Shown in pieces: positions 1 to 8,928 of a DNA stretch of 64,000 nt. A program made the position numbers and the translations under genes. The notes under the pieces were generated by a model. The model ran no database searches. It saw nothing but the letters and a program-made list of their open reading frames with translations, and was not told the origin of the DNA. This DNA comes from an uncultured Actinomycetota bacterium (lineage in GTDB: Bacteria; Actinomycetota; Actinomycetes; Propionibacteriales; Nocardioidaceae), in the NCBI GenBank assembly GCA_963791175.1, contig CAWBRC010000001.1, positions 880,063 through 944,062 of the forward strand. Direction: 5' to 3'. Each line of letters starts with the position of its first letter. Position 1 is the first letter of the stretch.

Positions 1-896
1 ACGAGGCCGCGGACGATGCCGGCGTGCCGGGTGCGGAACGAGTCGTGGACGGTGCGGCCCGCGCGCAGGAGCAGCCGCTTGGACCGATAGCCGGGGACGG
101 TCGAGTCGGTGCGCAGCCCCTCGTCGCGGTCGGCCTCGATGCGGTACGGGCCGGGCGCCACCTCGAACCGGTAGCCGCCCTTGTCGTCGGTCACGGTCTG
201 CGCGGCGATGCTGTGGTCGGTCCGGGTCAGGTACAGCAGCCGGTTGGCGCCGTCGCCCTTCCAGGTCCCGGTGACCACCGCGGTCGGTTGCACCACGACC
301 CGGCCCAGCGACCGGCGGGGCTGGACCGGCTTGAACATCCGGGTGTGCCGCATCCAGCTGTTGAGGGTGCCGTCGGGCCCGACGTACGACGGCGTGAACC
401 GCTTGCTGCTCGCCTGGTCGCACTCGCCGGAGCGCTGCGCGCGGTGGCCGCCACCGCTCGACACCGACTCGCTGCAGATCCGGACGAGGTACGGCTCCTT
501 GAGCTGCTTGAGCGTGAACCGGCCTTGCCCGTCGGTCCGGGCCAGCACCCGCCGCTCCTCGGTCAGGTCCACCGGGAGGCCGAGGTCGGAGAACCGCACC
601 CCGGTCACCAGCGCGCGGGGGATCGGGGTGCCGTTGGGGCCGACCACCTGGCCCACGATCGTGCCCTTGGTCGGCGGTGGCTTGGGCTTCTTGCCGTGGG
701 CGGGCGCCGTGCGCTCCGCGCCGAGCAGGTCGGGTGGGGTGCTGAAGTACGTGTTGGGTCCGCCGTCGTCCTGCGCGGACGGCGCCCGGGCCGCGCGAGG
801 CCGGGCCTCGGCGCCCTGGGGGGCGACCAGCAGCAGGGTGCCGGAGAGGGCGAGGGCGAGGGAGGTGGCCAGGGCCACCGGCCGGGTCCGCGTCAT
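1..896 (-). CDS. Secreted protein with carboxypeptidase-regulatory-like (beta-sandwich) domains; 3' end runs off the window
   Basis: Not in the ORF track. Manual translation from ATG at 896: MTRTRPVALATSLALALSGTLLLVAPQGAEA (signal peptide), then GTIVGQVVGPNGTPIPRALV...RTDGQGRFTL...TDDKGGYRFEVAPGPYRIEA; frame is open to the window edge. Confidence 0.75.
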   Translation of the reverse strand, partial: MTRTRPVALATSLALALSGTLLLVAPQGAEARPRAARAPSAQDDGGPNTYFSTPPDLLGAERTAPAHGKKPKPPPTKGTIVGQVVGPNGTPIPRALVTGVRFSDLGLPVDLTEERRVLARTDGQGRFTLKQLKEPYLVRICSESVSSGGGHRAQRSGECDQASSKRFTPSYVGPDGTLNSWMRHTRMFKPVQPRRSLGRVVVQPTAVVTGTWKGDGANRLLYLTRTDHSIAAQTVTDDKGGYRFEVAPGPYRIEADRDEGLRTDSTVPGYRSKRLLLRAGRTVHDSFRTRHAGIVRGL

Positions 897-1074
897 GGCG
901 TGGATCATCGCTGGTCGGGGCGGACCCGCCAAGGGGATCCTGCGCGCGTCCCGACCTTCGGGCGATTTCTCGACGCCGTCGCGGCCGTCACACACGCCGT
1001 CACACGCCTGCCGGGTCCCATGGGTGCACCGCGTCCGGCGAACCGCGCCGGACCGGACACCGAGAGGGACAGAG

Positions 1075-1326
1075 ATGACACTCTTCATGGACGCGCACAC
1101 GATCACCGGCGGTGTCTCGGCGGCGGACGTCGCCGCGGCGCACGAGGCGGACGTGGCCACCCAGGGCGCACACGGCGTCGAGTACCTGCGCTACTGGGTC
1201 GACGAGGCGGCGGGCAAGATCTTCTGCCTCGTGGAGGCACCCGACGCGGAGGCGGCCAACGCCGTGCACCGCGAGGCGCACGGGCTGCTGGCCGACGAGA
1301 TCTTCACCGTCGTCGAGGGGACGTGA
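1075..1326 (+). CDS. DUF4242 / SCO4226-like small nickel-binding protein (83 aa)
   Basis: MTLFMDAH...AHEADVATQGAHGVEYLRYWVDEAAGKIFCLVEAPDAEAANAVHREAHGLLADEI; GAGGGA ribosome-binding site upstream. Confidence 0.85.
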   Translation: MTLFMDAHTITGGVSAADVAAAHEADVATQGAHGVEYLRYWVDEAAGKIFCLVEAPDAEAANAVHREAHGLLADEIFTVVEGT

Positions 1327-1330
1327 GCCG

Positions 1331-1909
1331 ATGAGCTCGATGCAGAGAGATCTGGCGCGCACGATGATCCAGGCCCGCCAGTCAGCAGCGCAGCGTGAGC
1401 ACCTCGCGGACCGGGCCTCGCGGGAGAAGCGAGACGCACGGCGGGTGGAGCGGTCGGAGCGGCGAGCCGTTCGGACCGATGAGCGGGCTGCTCGCCGGGC
1501 CGCTCGCCGGGCTGCTCGGGAGGCCGCCCTCGGTGCCGGGTGGTGGCCGCGGTGGACCAGGCGGACGACGGCTCCCGTCGTACCCGCCCTGGCGACCGCG
1601 GCCGGGCCGACACCCGACACCGTCGCGAGCGAGCTGGACGACCGGCTGCGCCGGCTCGCCGACCGGATCGTCGAGCACGGGACGGAGGTCGAGCGCATCG
1701 CCCTGGAGACGGTGGCGGACGCCACGCGATGGACGGTGCCCGGGGCCGCGGCCGCCCTGGTCGACTGGGACGGCACGGAGATCGCGCGACTGCGCGCCTT
1801 CGGCGTGCTCCACGGGTCGGTCGGGCGCCTCGGACCCGAGGACCAGGCGTGGCTGCTGGACCGGCTCCGGGACCCCTCGGCGGCCGAGCCCGGCACCTGG
1901 GTCGCGTGA
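1331..1909 (+). CDS. Hypothetical protein (Arg/Ala-rich N-terminus, helical C-terminus)
   Basis: ATG 4 nt after the DUF4242 stop; followed by a long hairpin. Confidence 0.65.
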   Translation: MSSMQRDLARTMIQARQSAAQREHLADRASREKRDARRVERSERRAVRTDERAARRAARRAAREAALGAGWWPRWTRRTTAPVVPALATAAGPTPDTVASELDDRLRRLADRIVEHGTEVERIALETVADATRWTVPGAAAALVDWDGTEIARLRAFGVLHGSVGRLGPEDQAWLLDRLRDPSAAEPGTWVA

Positions 1910-1924
1910 CGGCCCGGCCGAGCG

Positions 1925-1979
1925 GGGACGGCGACCGCCCGCGCGACCCATTCCGGTCGCGGGGGCGGTCGTCCGTCCC
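1925..1979 (+). terminator. Long GC-rich hairpin, probable terminator
   Basis: gggacggcgaccgcccgcgcgacc-cattcc-ggtcgcgggggcggtcgtccgtccc imperfect inverted repeat just after the stop at 1909. Confidence 0.55.
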
Positions 1980-2040
1980 GGGTCTGTGCCACGCTGACGG
2001 CCGGGCTCACGCCGGAGCCCTCCTGTGGAGCGGGTGCGCG

Positions 2041-3858
2041 ATGAACGTGTCGTCTGGGTTGGTCATCCACCTGCTCGGCCGACCGCACCTCGAGGTCGAC
2101 GGGGACGCCGGGTACCGGTTCCGCAGCCGCAAGAGCTGGGCGCTGCTGGCCTTCCTGCTGCTGGCCGAGCGGCCCGTGACCCGGTCGCGCCTCGCGGGCC
2201 TGCTGTTCGCCGAGGCCGACGACCCGCTGCGCGCCCTGCGCTGGAGCCTGGCCGAGCTCCGGCGCGGGCTCGGCCCGGCGGTGGTGCTCGACGGCGACCC
2301 GGTGCGACTGACCCTGCCGCCGGGCTCGACGGTCGATGTCGACGTGCTGGTGCGGGGGCACTGGAACGAGGCGATCCGGCTGCCGGGATTGGGGCTGGAG
2401 CTCCTCGACGGGCTGGTGCTGTCGAACGCCGAGCCGTTCGAGTCCTGGCTGCTCTCCCAGCGCCGCCGGCTCTCCGCGGCGGCCGAGTCCATCGTCCACG
2501 AGGCCGCCCTGGGGCTGCTGTCCCGCGGTGAGCTGGATCGGGCGCGGGAGCTCGCCGTGCGGGCCACCGAGATGAGCCCCCTGGACGAGAACCACCAGGC
2601 GCTCCTCGTCCGCGTCTACCGGCTCTCCGGCGACGACGAGGCGGCCGACCGGCAGCTCGGGGCCTGGACCGCGACGGCCGAGCGCGAGCTCGGCACCGGC
2701 CCCGGCGCCGCCGTGCTGCTGGCCGCACAGGAGCGGCCGGCGTTGCCCGGGGCGGTCGACCCGACCTCGATCCGGGCCGTGACGGAGTCGGCCACCGCGG
2801 CCGTCTCGGCCGGCGCGCTGGCCGCCGGCGTGGCGTCGTACGAGACCGCGGTGCGGATGGCGGACGCCGCCGGCGCCGACAGCCTCCGGGTCGAGACCCG
2901 GCTGGTGCTGGCGGAGGCGCTGATCCACACCCTGGGCGGCCTGGACGAGGCGGGGGTCGCCACGCTCAGCGACGCGGAGCGGATCGCCACCGCGAGCGGC
3001 GACCGGGAGTCGGTCGGGCGGGCGCGGACCGAGCTCGGGTACGTCGACTTCCTGCGTGCGCGCTACGACCGCGCCGAGCACTGGCTGGACCAGGTGCTGA
3101 CCGAGGGCGTCGCCTCGCTGTCGACGCGCGCGAAGGCGATGGTCTACCTGGGCTCCGTGGCCAGCGACCGGGCCGACTACCCCCGGGCCACCGCCCTGCT
3201 CGAGGAGGCGGTCCGGGCCTCCCGGACCAGGGGCGAGCACCGGCGCGAGGCGTACGGGCTCTCGATGCTGGGTCGGATCGAGCTGCTCCGGGGCGACCTC
3301 ACGGCGGCGGCCGACCACCTCGTGCAGGCCGTCGCCGTGGCCGAGCGCGAGCACTGGCTCTCGTTCCTGCCCTGGCCGCAGGCGCTCGTCGGGCACGTCT
3401 GGCTGGCCCAGGGCGACGTCGGGGGCGCCTCGGCGTGCCTGGACCAGTCGTTCGCCCGGGCCTGCCAGATCGGCGACCCCTGCTGGGAGGGCATCGCGGC
3501 CCGCGGGGTGGCCCTGGTCACCGAGGCGTCGGGGGACGTCGACCGGGCGGTCGCGGACCTCCTCGACGCCCGAGCACGCACCAACCGGCTGGCCGATCCC
3601 TACGTCTGGCTCGACGTGTACATCCTCGACGCACTGTGCGGGATGGGGGTGCGCAGTGGTCACCCGCTGACCGGCGACTGGGTGGAGGAGATGCACGAGC
3701 GCGCGTCCCGAGCGGGCATGCGCGAGCTGACCGTCCGGGCCATGGTGCACGGTGCGGCGCTGGGCCGGCCCGGAGACGCCGAGGCGGCCGCCCTGCTGGC
3801 CGCGGACCTCGACAACCCGGTCCTCGGGGACCTCGTGCCCGCCGCCGCCGTCAGCTGA
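2041..3858 (+). CDS. SARP-type regulator (wHTH + BTAD + TPR repeats; no obvious NTPase motif)
   Basis: IHLLGRP...RKSWALLAFLLLAERPVTRSRLAGLLF; FESWLLSQRRRL; PLDENHQALLVRVYRLSGD (BTAD); TPR-like helical C-terminus. Confidence 0.85.
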   Translation: MNVSSGLVIHLLGRPHLEVDGDAGYRFRSRKSWALLAFLLLAERPVTRSRLAGLLFAEADDPLRALRWSLAELRRGLGPAVVLDGDPVRLTLPPGSTVDVDVLVRGHWNEAIRLPGLGLELLDGLVLSNAEPFESWLLSQRRRLSAAAESIVHEAALGLLSRGELDRARELAVRATEMSPLDENHQALLVRVYRLSGDDEAADRQLGAWTATAERELGTGPGAAVLLAAQERPALPGAVDPTSIRAVTESATAAVSAGALAAGVASYETAVRMADAAGADSLRVETRLVLAEALIHTLGGLDEAGVATLSDAERIATASGDRESVGRARTELGYVDFLRARYDRAEHWLDQVLTEGVASLSTRAKAMVYLGSVASDRADYPRATALLEEAVRASRTRGEHRREAYGLSMLGRIELLRGDLTAAADHLVQAVAVAEREHWLSFLPWPQALVGHVWLAQGDVGGASACLDQSFARACQIGDPCWEGIAARGVALVTEASGDVDRAVADLLDARARTNRLADPYVWLDVYILDALCGMGVRSGHPLTGDWVEEMHERASRAGMRELTVRAMVHGAALGRPGDAEAAALLAADLDNPVLGDLVPAAAVS

Positions 3859-4138
3859 GCACCCGCTCCTCCACCGCGCCGTACTCGGCGACGCTGGCGC
3901 TCCGGATCGCGGCCGCCTGGTCGTCGCCGACGCCGTCCCCACGGAACGCCTCGACGGCCTCCTGGCTCTCCCAGCGCTCGTAGACGTTGATCCGGCCCGG
4001 ATCGGTCAGGTCGGCGCCGATCGCGAAGTCGAGGCAGCCCTCGGCCCGCCGGGCCTGCTCGACGACCGCCACGCACGTCGCGAGGTAGCGCTCGCGCTCC
4101 TCGGGGTCCACGACCAGGTGGCCGGCGACGATGACCAT
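3851..4138 (-). CDS. Antibiotic biosynthesis monooxygenase (ABM) family protein
   Basis: MVIVAGHLVVDPEERERYL...RAEGCLDFAIGADLTDPGRINVYERWESQEAVEAF; alternative starts at 4144 and 4153. Confidence 0.85.
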   Translation of the reverse strand: MVIVAGHLVVDPEERERYLATCVAVVEQARRAEGCLDFAIGADLTDPGRINVYERWESQEAVEAFRGDGVGDDQAAAIRSASVAEYGAVEERVLS

Positions 4139-4204
4139 GCCCATGGTGACCATGGGGGATCCGACCCGGGCGCGACCCCGGACTCATCGCGTAGCGTCAG
4201 CGCG

Positions 4205-4816
4205 GTGAGCTGGTCGTTCCTGGTGACCTCCTTCGTCATCTGCGTGACCCCGGGCATCGGCGCGCTGTACACGATGGCCGCCGGACTGGCGCGCGGGACC
4301 CGCGCCGGCGTCCTCGCGGCGTTCGCCTGCACGCTCGGCACCGTCCCGCACGCGGTCGCGGCGCTCACGGGCCTCGCAGCGGTGCTGCACGCCTCGGGGG
4401 TGGCGTTCCAGGCGATCAAGTACGCCGGCGTCGCCTACCTCCTCTGGATGGCGTGGTCGACCTGGCGCGACACCGGAGCGCTGCACGTCGACACGGCGGC
4501 CTCGCCGGCCTCGGTGCGGTCGGTGATCGGCACCGGCATCACCGCCAACCTGCTCAACCCCAAGCTCACGCTGTTCTTCTTCGCCTTCCTCCCGCAGTTC
4601 GTGCCCGCCGGCAGCGACGGCACGCTCGCCCGGATGGCGGCGCTCTCCGCGGTGTTCATGGTCATGACGTTCGTGACCTTCGCGGCGTACGCCGTCGCGG
4701 CGGGCGCGCTCCGCGACCGTGTGCTCACCCGTCCCCGGCTGGTCACCCGGATCCGGAAGGTGTTCGCGACCTCGTTCGTGCTGCTGAGCGCGCGGCTGGC
4801 CGTGCAGTCGCGCTGA
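4205..4816 (+). CDS. LysE/RhtB family translocator
   Basis: FLVTSFVICVTPGIG...AFQAIKYAGVAYLLWMAW...NLLNPKLTLFFFAFLPQF. Confidence 0.9.
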   Translation: MSWSFLVTSFVICVTPGIGALYTMAAGLARGTRAGVLAAFACTLGTVPHAVAALTGLAAVLHASGVAFQAIKYAGVAYLLWMAWSTWRDTGALHVDTAASPASVRSVIGTGITANLLNPKLTLFFFAFLPQFVPAGSDGTLARMAALSAVFMVMTFVTFAAYAVAAGALRDRVLTRPRLVTRIRKVFATSFVLLSARLAVQSR

Positions 4817-4856
4817 CCGGGCCCGGGCTCGTCGACCTCCTCCGCCTGCTGGACCG

Positions 4857-5228
4857 CTACCTCGGCTGACTCCCGGCGGCGGCGGGCCCCTCGGCCGCGA
4901 GCTCCCGGATGCCGGGCAGTATCGCGAGCGCGTTGACGACGACCGAGAAGACCAGCAGTGCCACGGCGAGGGTGTGGTGGCCGGCCGCCCACAGCCCGGC
5001 CGAGGCGAGGCCGAAGACCAGCACCTTGACCACCGGGCGCACGACGGCGGAGCCGTAGCGGGCCTTGGGCGAGGCGAACAGGAACCACGCGAGCATGCCG
5101 AGCAGCGGCAGCAGCCACACCATGAGCCAAGGGAGCGACGTGGACCAGCCGTACACCCCGAGCCCGGCCATCGCCAGCAGCTCGTCGAGGAACACCAGGG
5201 CGAGCACGATCCAGCCGAAGGCAGCCAC
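4857..5228 (-). CDS. YrdB / DUF2568 family membrane protein
   Basis: LALVFLDELLAMAGLGVYGW...WFLFASPKARY...VKVLVFGLASAGLWAAGH. Confidence 0.7.
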   Translation of the reverse strand: MAAFGWIVLALVFLDELLAMAGLGVYGWSTSLPWLMVWLLPLLGMLAWFLFASPKARYGSAVVRPVVKVLVFGLASAGLWAAGHHTLAVALLVFSVVVNALAILPGIRELAAEGPAAAGSQPR

Positions 5229-5252
5229 GCGGAGATTCTCTATCGTCTGGGC

Positions 5253-6137
5253 ATGGTGCTGTTCCCCGAGGCGCGCGCGTGGGTCGAGGCGGCCGCGGAC
5301 GAGCTCCCCGTCTGGACCGACGGGTACGACGTCGCGGCGGCCCGCGACGCCAACCGCGCCGCGGCGCTGCTCGAGCAGCCGGAGGACGTCGCCGACGTCT
5401 CCGACCACGACGCCGACGGGGTCCGGGTCCGGCTGTTCCGGCCGGACGGGGCGGACCCGGGCCTGGTCGTGCACCTGCACGGCGGCGGCTTCGTCTTCCA
5501 CGACGTCGAGGTCCACGACCGGGCCTGCCGCCGGTTCGCGAACCGGCTCGGCCTGGCCGTGCTGAGCGTCGACTATCGGCTGGCCCCCGAGCACCGGTTC
5601 CCGGCCGCGCCCGACGACGTCGACACCGCGCTCGGCTGGCTCGACCGCGAGGCCGGGCGGCTCGGGCTCGCCGGGCCGACGTACGTCCACGGCGACAGCG
5701 CGGGCGGCAACCTCGCGCTCGTGGCGGCGCTCCGCCACCCCGGGCGGTTCCGGGCTGCCGTGCTGCACTACCCGTTCCTCGACCCGACCGCGTCGGGTGC
5801 GTCGTACGCGCTCGGGGCCGCCGCGGGCTTCGACCCCCGCGAGGCGGCGTGGTACTGGCAGCAGTACGCCCGAGGCGACGACGACCTGACCCACCCCGAC
5901 CTGGCGCCGCTGCTCTCCGACCGGCTCGGCACGCTGCCGCCGACCCTGGTCACGACGGCCGAGCACGACCCGCTGCGCGACGAGGGCGAGCTGCTGGCGG
6001 CCCGGATCGCCGACCAGGGCGGCCAGGTCACCGCGACCCGCTACCTCGGCCAGGTGCACGGCTTCTGGCGGCACCCGGTCTTCCCGGCGGCGGCACAGCT
6101 GGTCCGACACACCTGCAGCTTCGTCAGGAGCCACTGA
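5253..6137 (+). CDS. Alpha/beta hydrolase, hormone-sensitive-lipase family esterase
   Basis: HGGGF, DYRLAPEHRFPAA, GDSAGG, DPLRDEG and HGF motifs. Confidence 0.92.
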   Translation: MVLFPEARAWVEAAADELPVWTDGYDVAAARDANRAAALLEQPEDVADVSDHDADGVRVRLFRPDGADPGLVVHLHGGGFVFHDVEVHDRACRRFANRLGLAVLSVDYRLAPEHRFPAAPDDVDTALGWLDREAGRLGLAGPTYVHGDSAGGNLALVAALRHPGRFRAAVLHYPFLDPTASGASYALGAAAGFDPREAAWYWQQYARGDDDLTHPDLAPLLSDRLGTLPPTLVTTAEHDPLRDEGELLAARIADQGGQVTATRYLGQVHGFWRHPVFPAAAQLVRHTCSFVRSH

Positions 6138-6150
6138 GAGGATGGCGGCC

Positions 6151-6666
6151 ATGCGCGTGCACCTCGGCTCGGACCATGCCGGGCTCGACCTCAAGGCCCA
6201 CCTCGCCGGCTGGCTCACTGACCACGGCTACGAGCCGGTCGACCACGGCCCCTTCCAGTACGACGCGCTCGACGACTACCCGGTCTTCTGCCTGCGCGCC
6301 GCCGAGGGCGTCGCCCTCGACCGCACGCAGGGCCTCGACAGCCTGGGCGTGGTCATCGGCGGCTCCGGCAACGGCGAGCAGATCGCCGCCAACAAGGTGC
6401 CGGGGATCCGCTGCGCCCTGGCCTGGTCCGAGGAGACCGCGAGCCTGGCCCGCGAGCACAACGACGCCCAGGTCGTCTCGGTCGGCGGCCGGATGCACCC
6501 GATCGACGACATGACCCGCTACGTCGAGGTCTTCCTGAGCACGCCGTTCAGCGGGGAGGAGCGCCACGTCCGACGGCTGGGCCAGATCGGCGACTACGAG
6601 CGCACCCGCGAGCTGCCCGCGCTGCCCGAGTCCGCCCGCGGGCCGGTCGAGGGGTCGGATGCCTGA
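6151..6666 (+). CDS. rpiB: Ribose-5-phosphate isomerase B
   Basis: MRVHLGSDHAG...DDYP...IGGSGNGEQIAANKVPGIRCAL...AREHNDA. Confidence 0.95.
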   Translation: MRVHLGSDHAGLDLKAHLAGWLTDHGYEPVDHGPFQYDALDDYPVFCLRAAEGVALDRTQGLDSLGVVIGGSGNGEQIAANKVPGIRCALAWSEETASLAREHNDAQVVSVGGRMHPIDDMTRYVEVFLSTPFSGEERHVRRLGQIGDYERTRELPALPESARGPVEGSDA

Positions 6667-7498
6667 GGGACACACCCTCCACCGCCTCGCCACCGCGCTC
6701 GACGACGCCTTCGCCGGCCAGCCGCTGCGGGTGAGCAGCCCGCAGGGCCGGTTCGCGGAGTCGGCCGCGCTCCTGGACGGCCGGGTGCTGGACGGCGCGG
6801 ACTCGTGGGGCAAGCACCTGTGGCTCCGCTTCGAGTCCGAGGACCTGGTGCACGTGCACCTCGGCCTCTACGGCCGCTTCGACGTGACCAGGGAGGCGAC
6901 GGTGGTCCCGGCGCCGGTCGGCCAGGTGCGGCTGCGGCTGGCCACCGCCGACGCCGCCGGCGAGCACGCGTCGTACGCCGACCTGCGCGGCGCGACCGCC
7001 TGCGAGCTGCAGACGCCGGAGCAGCGGGCGGCGCTCGTGGACCGGCTCGGGCCGGACCCGCTGCGGTCGGACGCCGACCCCGACCTGGCCTGGCACCGGA
7101 TCTCGCGCAGCCGGGCCCCGATCGCCGGGCTGCTGATGGACCAGTCCGTGGTGGCCGGCATCGGGAACGTCTACCGCGCCGAGCTGTTGTTCCGACACCG
7201 TGTGGACCCGTTCCGAGCGGGTACCAGTCTGCGCCGCAGTCGCTGGACAGCCATGTGGGAGGACCTCGTGGAGCTGATGGCGGACGGCGTGCGGACCGGG
7301 GTCATCCGCACGGTCCGGCCCGAGCACCTGACCGACGCCGAGCGTGCCGACGGCGGCCGGGTCTCCTACGTCTACCGCCGCGCGGGTGAGCCCTGCCGGG
7401 TCTGCGGGTCCGCGGTCCGGGTCCGCGACCTGCAGGGACGCAACCTCTACTGGTGTGCACGGTGCCAACCCCGATTCCGTTCGAGGGCCCTACAGTGA
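6659..7498 (+). CDS. nei: Fpg/Nei family DNA glycosylase (endonuclease VIII-like)
   Basis: MPEGHTLHRLA N-terminus, GKHL, LLMDQSVVAGIGNVYRAE, C-terminal zinc finger CRVC...CARCQ. Confidence 0.92.
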   Translation: MPEGHTLHRLATALDDAFAGQPLRVSSPQGRFAESAALLDGRVLDGADSWGKHLWLRFESEDLVHVHLGLYGRFDVTREATVVPAPVGQVRLRLATADAAGEHASYADLRGATACELQTPEQRAALVDRLGPDPLRSDADPDLAWHRISRSRAPIAGLLMDQSVVAGIGNVYRAELLFRHRVDPFRAGTSLRRSRWTAMWEDLVELMADGVRTGVIRTVRPEHLTDAERADGGRVSYVYRRAGEPCRVCGSAVRVRDLQGRNLYWCARCQPRFRSRALQ

Positions 7499-7535
7499 GC
7501 GCGACCACCCCCCGCGTGAGCACCTGGAGACGCTG

Positions 7536-8639
7536 ATGACGACCGACGTCCAGCTCTCGCGCGCGCGCTCGGGCGACGTACGTCCGGCGCGGCACACGGT
7601 GCGCAGGTTCGCCCGCCGCGGCGCCTACGCGGACACCAAGGTGCTGGTCGTGCTGGTGCTGCTGGCGCTGGCGATCGTGGTGGCGGTGGTGCTCGCACCG
7701 GCCCGCACGCCGTTCACCAGCCTGATGGTCCCGCTCCTGCTCGGCAGCCTCCTGCTCAACCCGCGGCACCTGCCGTGGTTCGTCCTCTACCTCTTCGTCC
7801 TGCTCGTGATCTGCGTGTTCGCCCAGGAGACGCTCTCCGGGCGCACGTACGCCGCGGTGGGCATCCAGGTGCTGATGCTGCTGATCGTGCTGGCTGCGTC
7901 CCTGCGGCGGTCCCGGCTGGGCGTGGCCGGCGCCATGGGTGAGTCGATGTTCGTCGACCTGCGCGACCGGATCCTGCAGCAGGGCGGCATCCCCGAGCTC
8001 CCCGCGGGCTGGCACGCCGAGTCCGCGCTCCGCTCGGCCGGTGGCACGCCGTTCGCCGGCGACTTCGTGGTGGCCAGCCGCGGCGACGGCCGGCTCGAGC
8101 TCGCCGTGGTCGACGTGTCCGGCAAGGGCGAGGAGGCCGGGACCCGCGCGCTGCTGCTCTCGGGCGCCTTCGGGGGTCTGCTGGGGGCGCTGCCGCCCGA
8201 CCGGTTCCTCCCGGCCGCCAACACCTACCTGCTCGCCCAGGAGTGGGAGGAGGGGTTCGCCACCGCGATCCACCTCTCCCTCGACCTCGGCGACGGACGC
8301 TTCGAGATCCGCACCGCCGGCCACCCGCCGGCCGCGTTCCGGCACGCCGGCACCGGCAAGTGGTCGGTGCTGCCCAGCGAGGGCCCGATCCTCGGGCTGC
8401 TGCCGCAGGCGGTCTTCACCGTGGCCCCGGGCCGGGTCGGCCACCACGACGCCCTGCTGCTCTACACCGACGGCATGGTCGAGGAGCCCAGGCGCGACAT
8501 CGACCTGGGCATCGACCGGATGCTCGGCGAGGCCGAGCACCTGCTCCGGGGCAGCTTCGAGGGGGCCGCCCGGCGGCTCGTCGACGCCCTCGGATCGCGC
8601 GACGACGACCGCGCCATGGTCGTCGTTTCGCGGAGCTGA
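7536..8639 (+). CDS. Membrane-bound PP2C (SpoIIE-type) phosphatase
   Basis: Transmembrane N-terminus; FAGDF, VVDVSGKG, TAGHPP, LYTDGMVE, DDDRAMVVV. Confidence 0.88.
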   Translation: MTTDVQLSRARSGDVRPARHTVRRFARRGAYADTKVLVVLVLLALAIVVAVVLAPARTPFTSLMVPLLLGSLLLNPRHLPWFVLYLFVLLVICVFAQETLSGRTYAAVGIQVLMLLIVLAASLRRSRLGVAGAMGESMFVDLRDRILQQGGIPELPAGWHAESALRSAGGTPFAGDFVVASRGDGRLELAVVDVSGKGEEAGTRALLLSGAFGGLLGALPPDRFLPAANTYLLAQEWEEGFATAIHLSLDLGDGRFEIRTAGHPPAAFRHAGTGKWSVLPSEGPILGLLPQAVFTVAPGRVGHHDALLLYTDGMVEEPRRDIDLGIDRMLGEAEHLLRGSFEGAARRLVDALGSRDDDRAMVVVSRS

Positions 8640-8689
8640 CACTCCGACCGGTAGATTTCCGGGGTCCTCGGGCATCGCCTCGTGGACGC

Positions 8690-8763
8690 GCGGATGTAGC
8701 TCAATGGTAGAGCCCCAGTCTTCCAAACTGGCTACGCGGGTTCGATTCCCGTCATCCGCTCCA
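8690..8763 (+). tRNA. tRNA-Gly (TCC)
   Basis: GCGGATG/CATCCGC acceptor stem, anticodon arm ccagt-cTTCCAa-actgg, GGTTCGATTCC T-loop, encoded CCA. Confidence 0.97.
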
Positions 8764-8808
8764 AGCTTGGTCCAGGGTTGCCGATCAGCGGCCCGGGGCC
8801 TGGTTTGG

Positions 8809-8881
8809 CGGGGCGTAGCGTAGTGGCTAGCGCGCCTGCTTTGGGAGCAGGAGATCGCAGGTTCGAGTCCTGTCGCCCCGA
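8809..8881 (+). tRNA. tRNA-Pro (TGG)
   Basis: CGGGGCG/CGCCCCG acceptor stem, anticodon arm cctgc-ttTGGga-gcagg, GGTTCGAGTCC; CCA not encoded. Confidence 0.96.
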
Positions 8882-8928
8882 CGAGACACCAGCCAGATGA
8901 GACTGCAGGACCACCAGAAGGAGAAGCT

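Noticed and set aside
8690-8881. tRNA-anchored integrative element or prophage
   Set aside because: No integrase, no duplicated tRNA 3' end noticed, and tig follows directly
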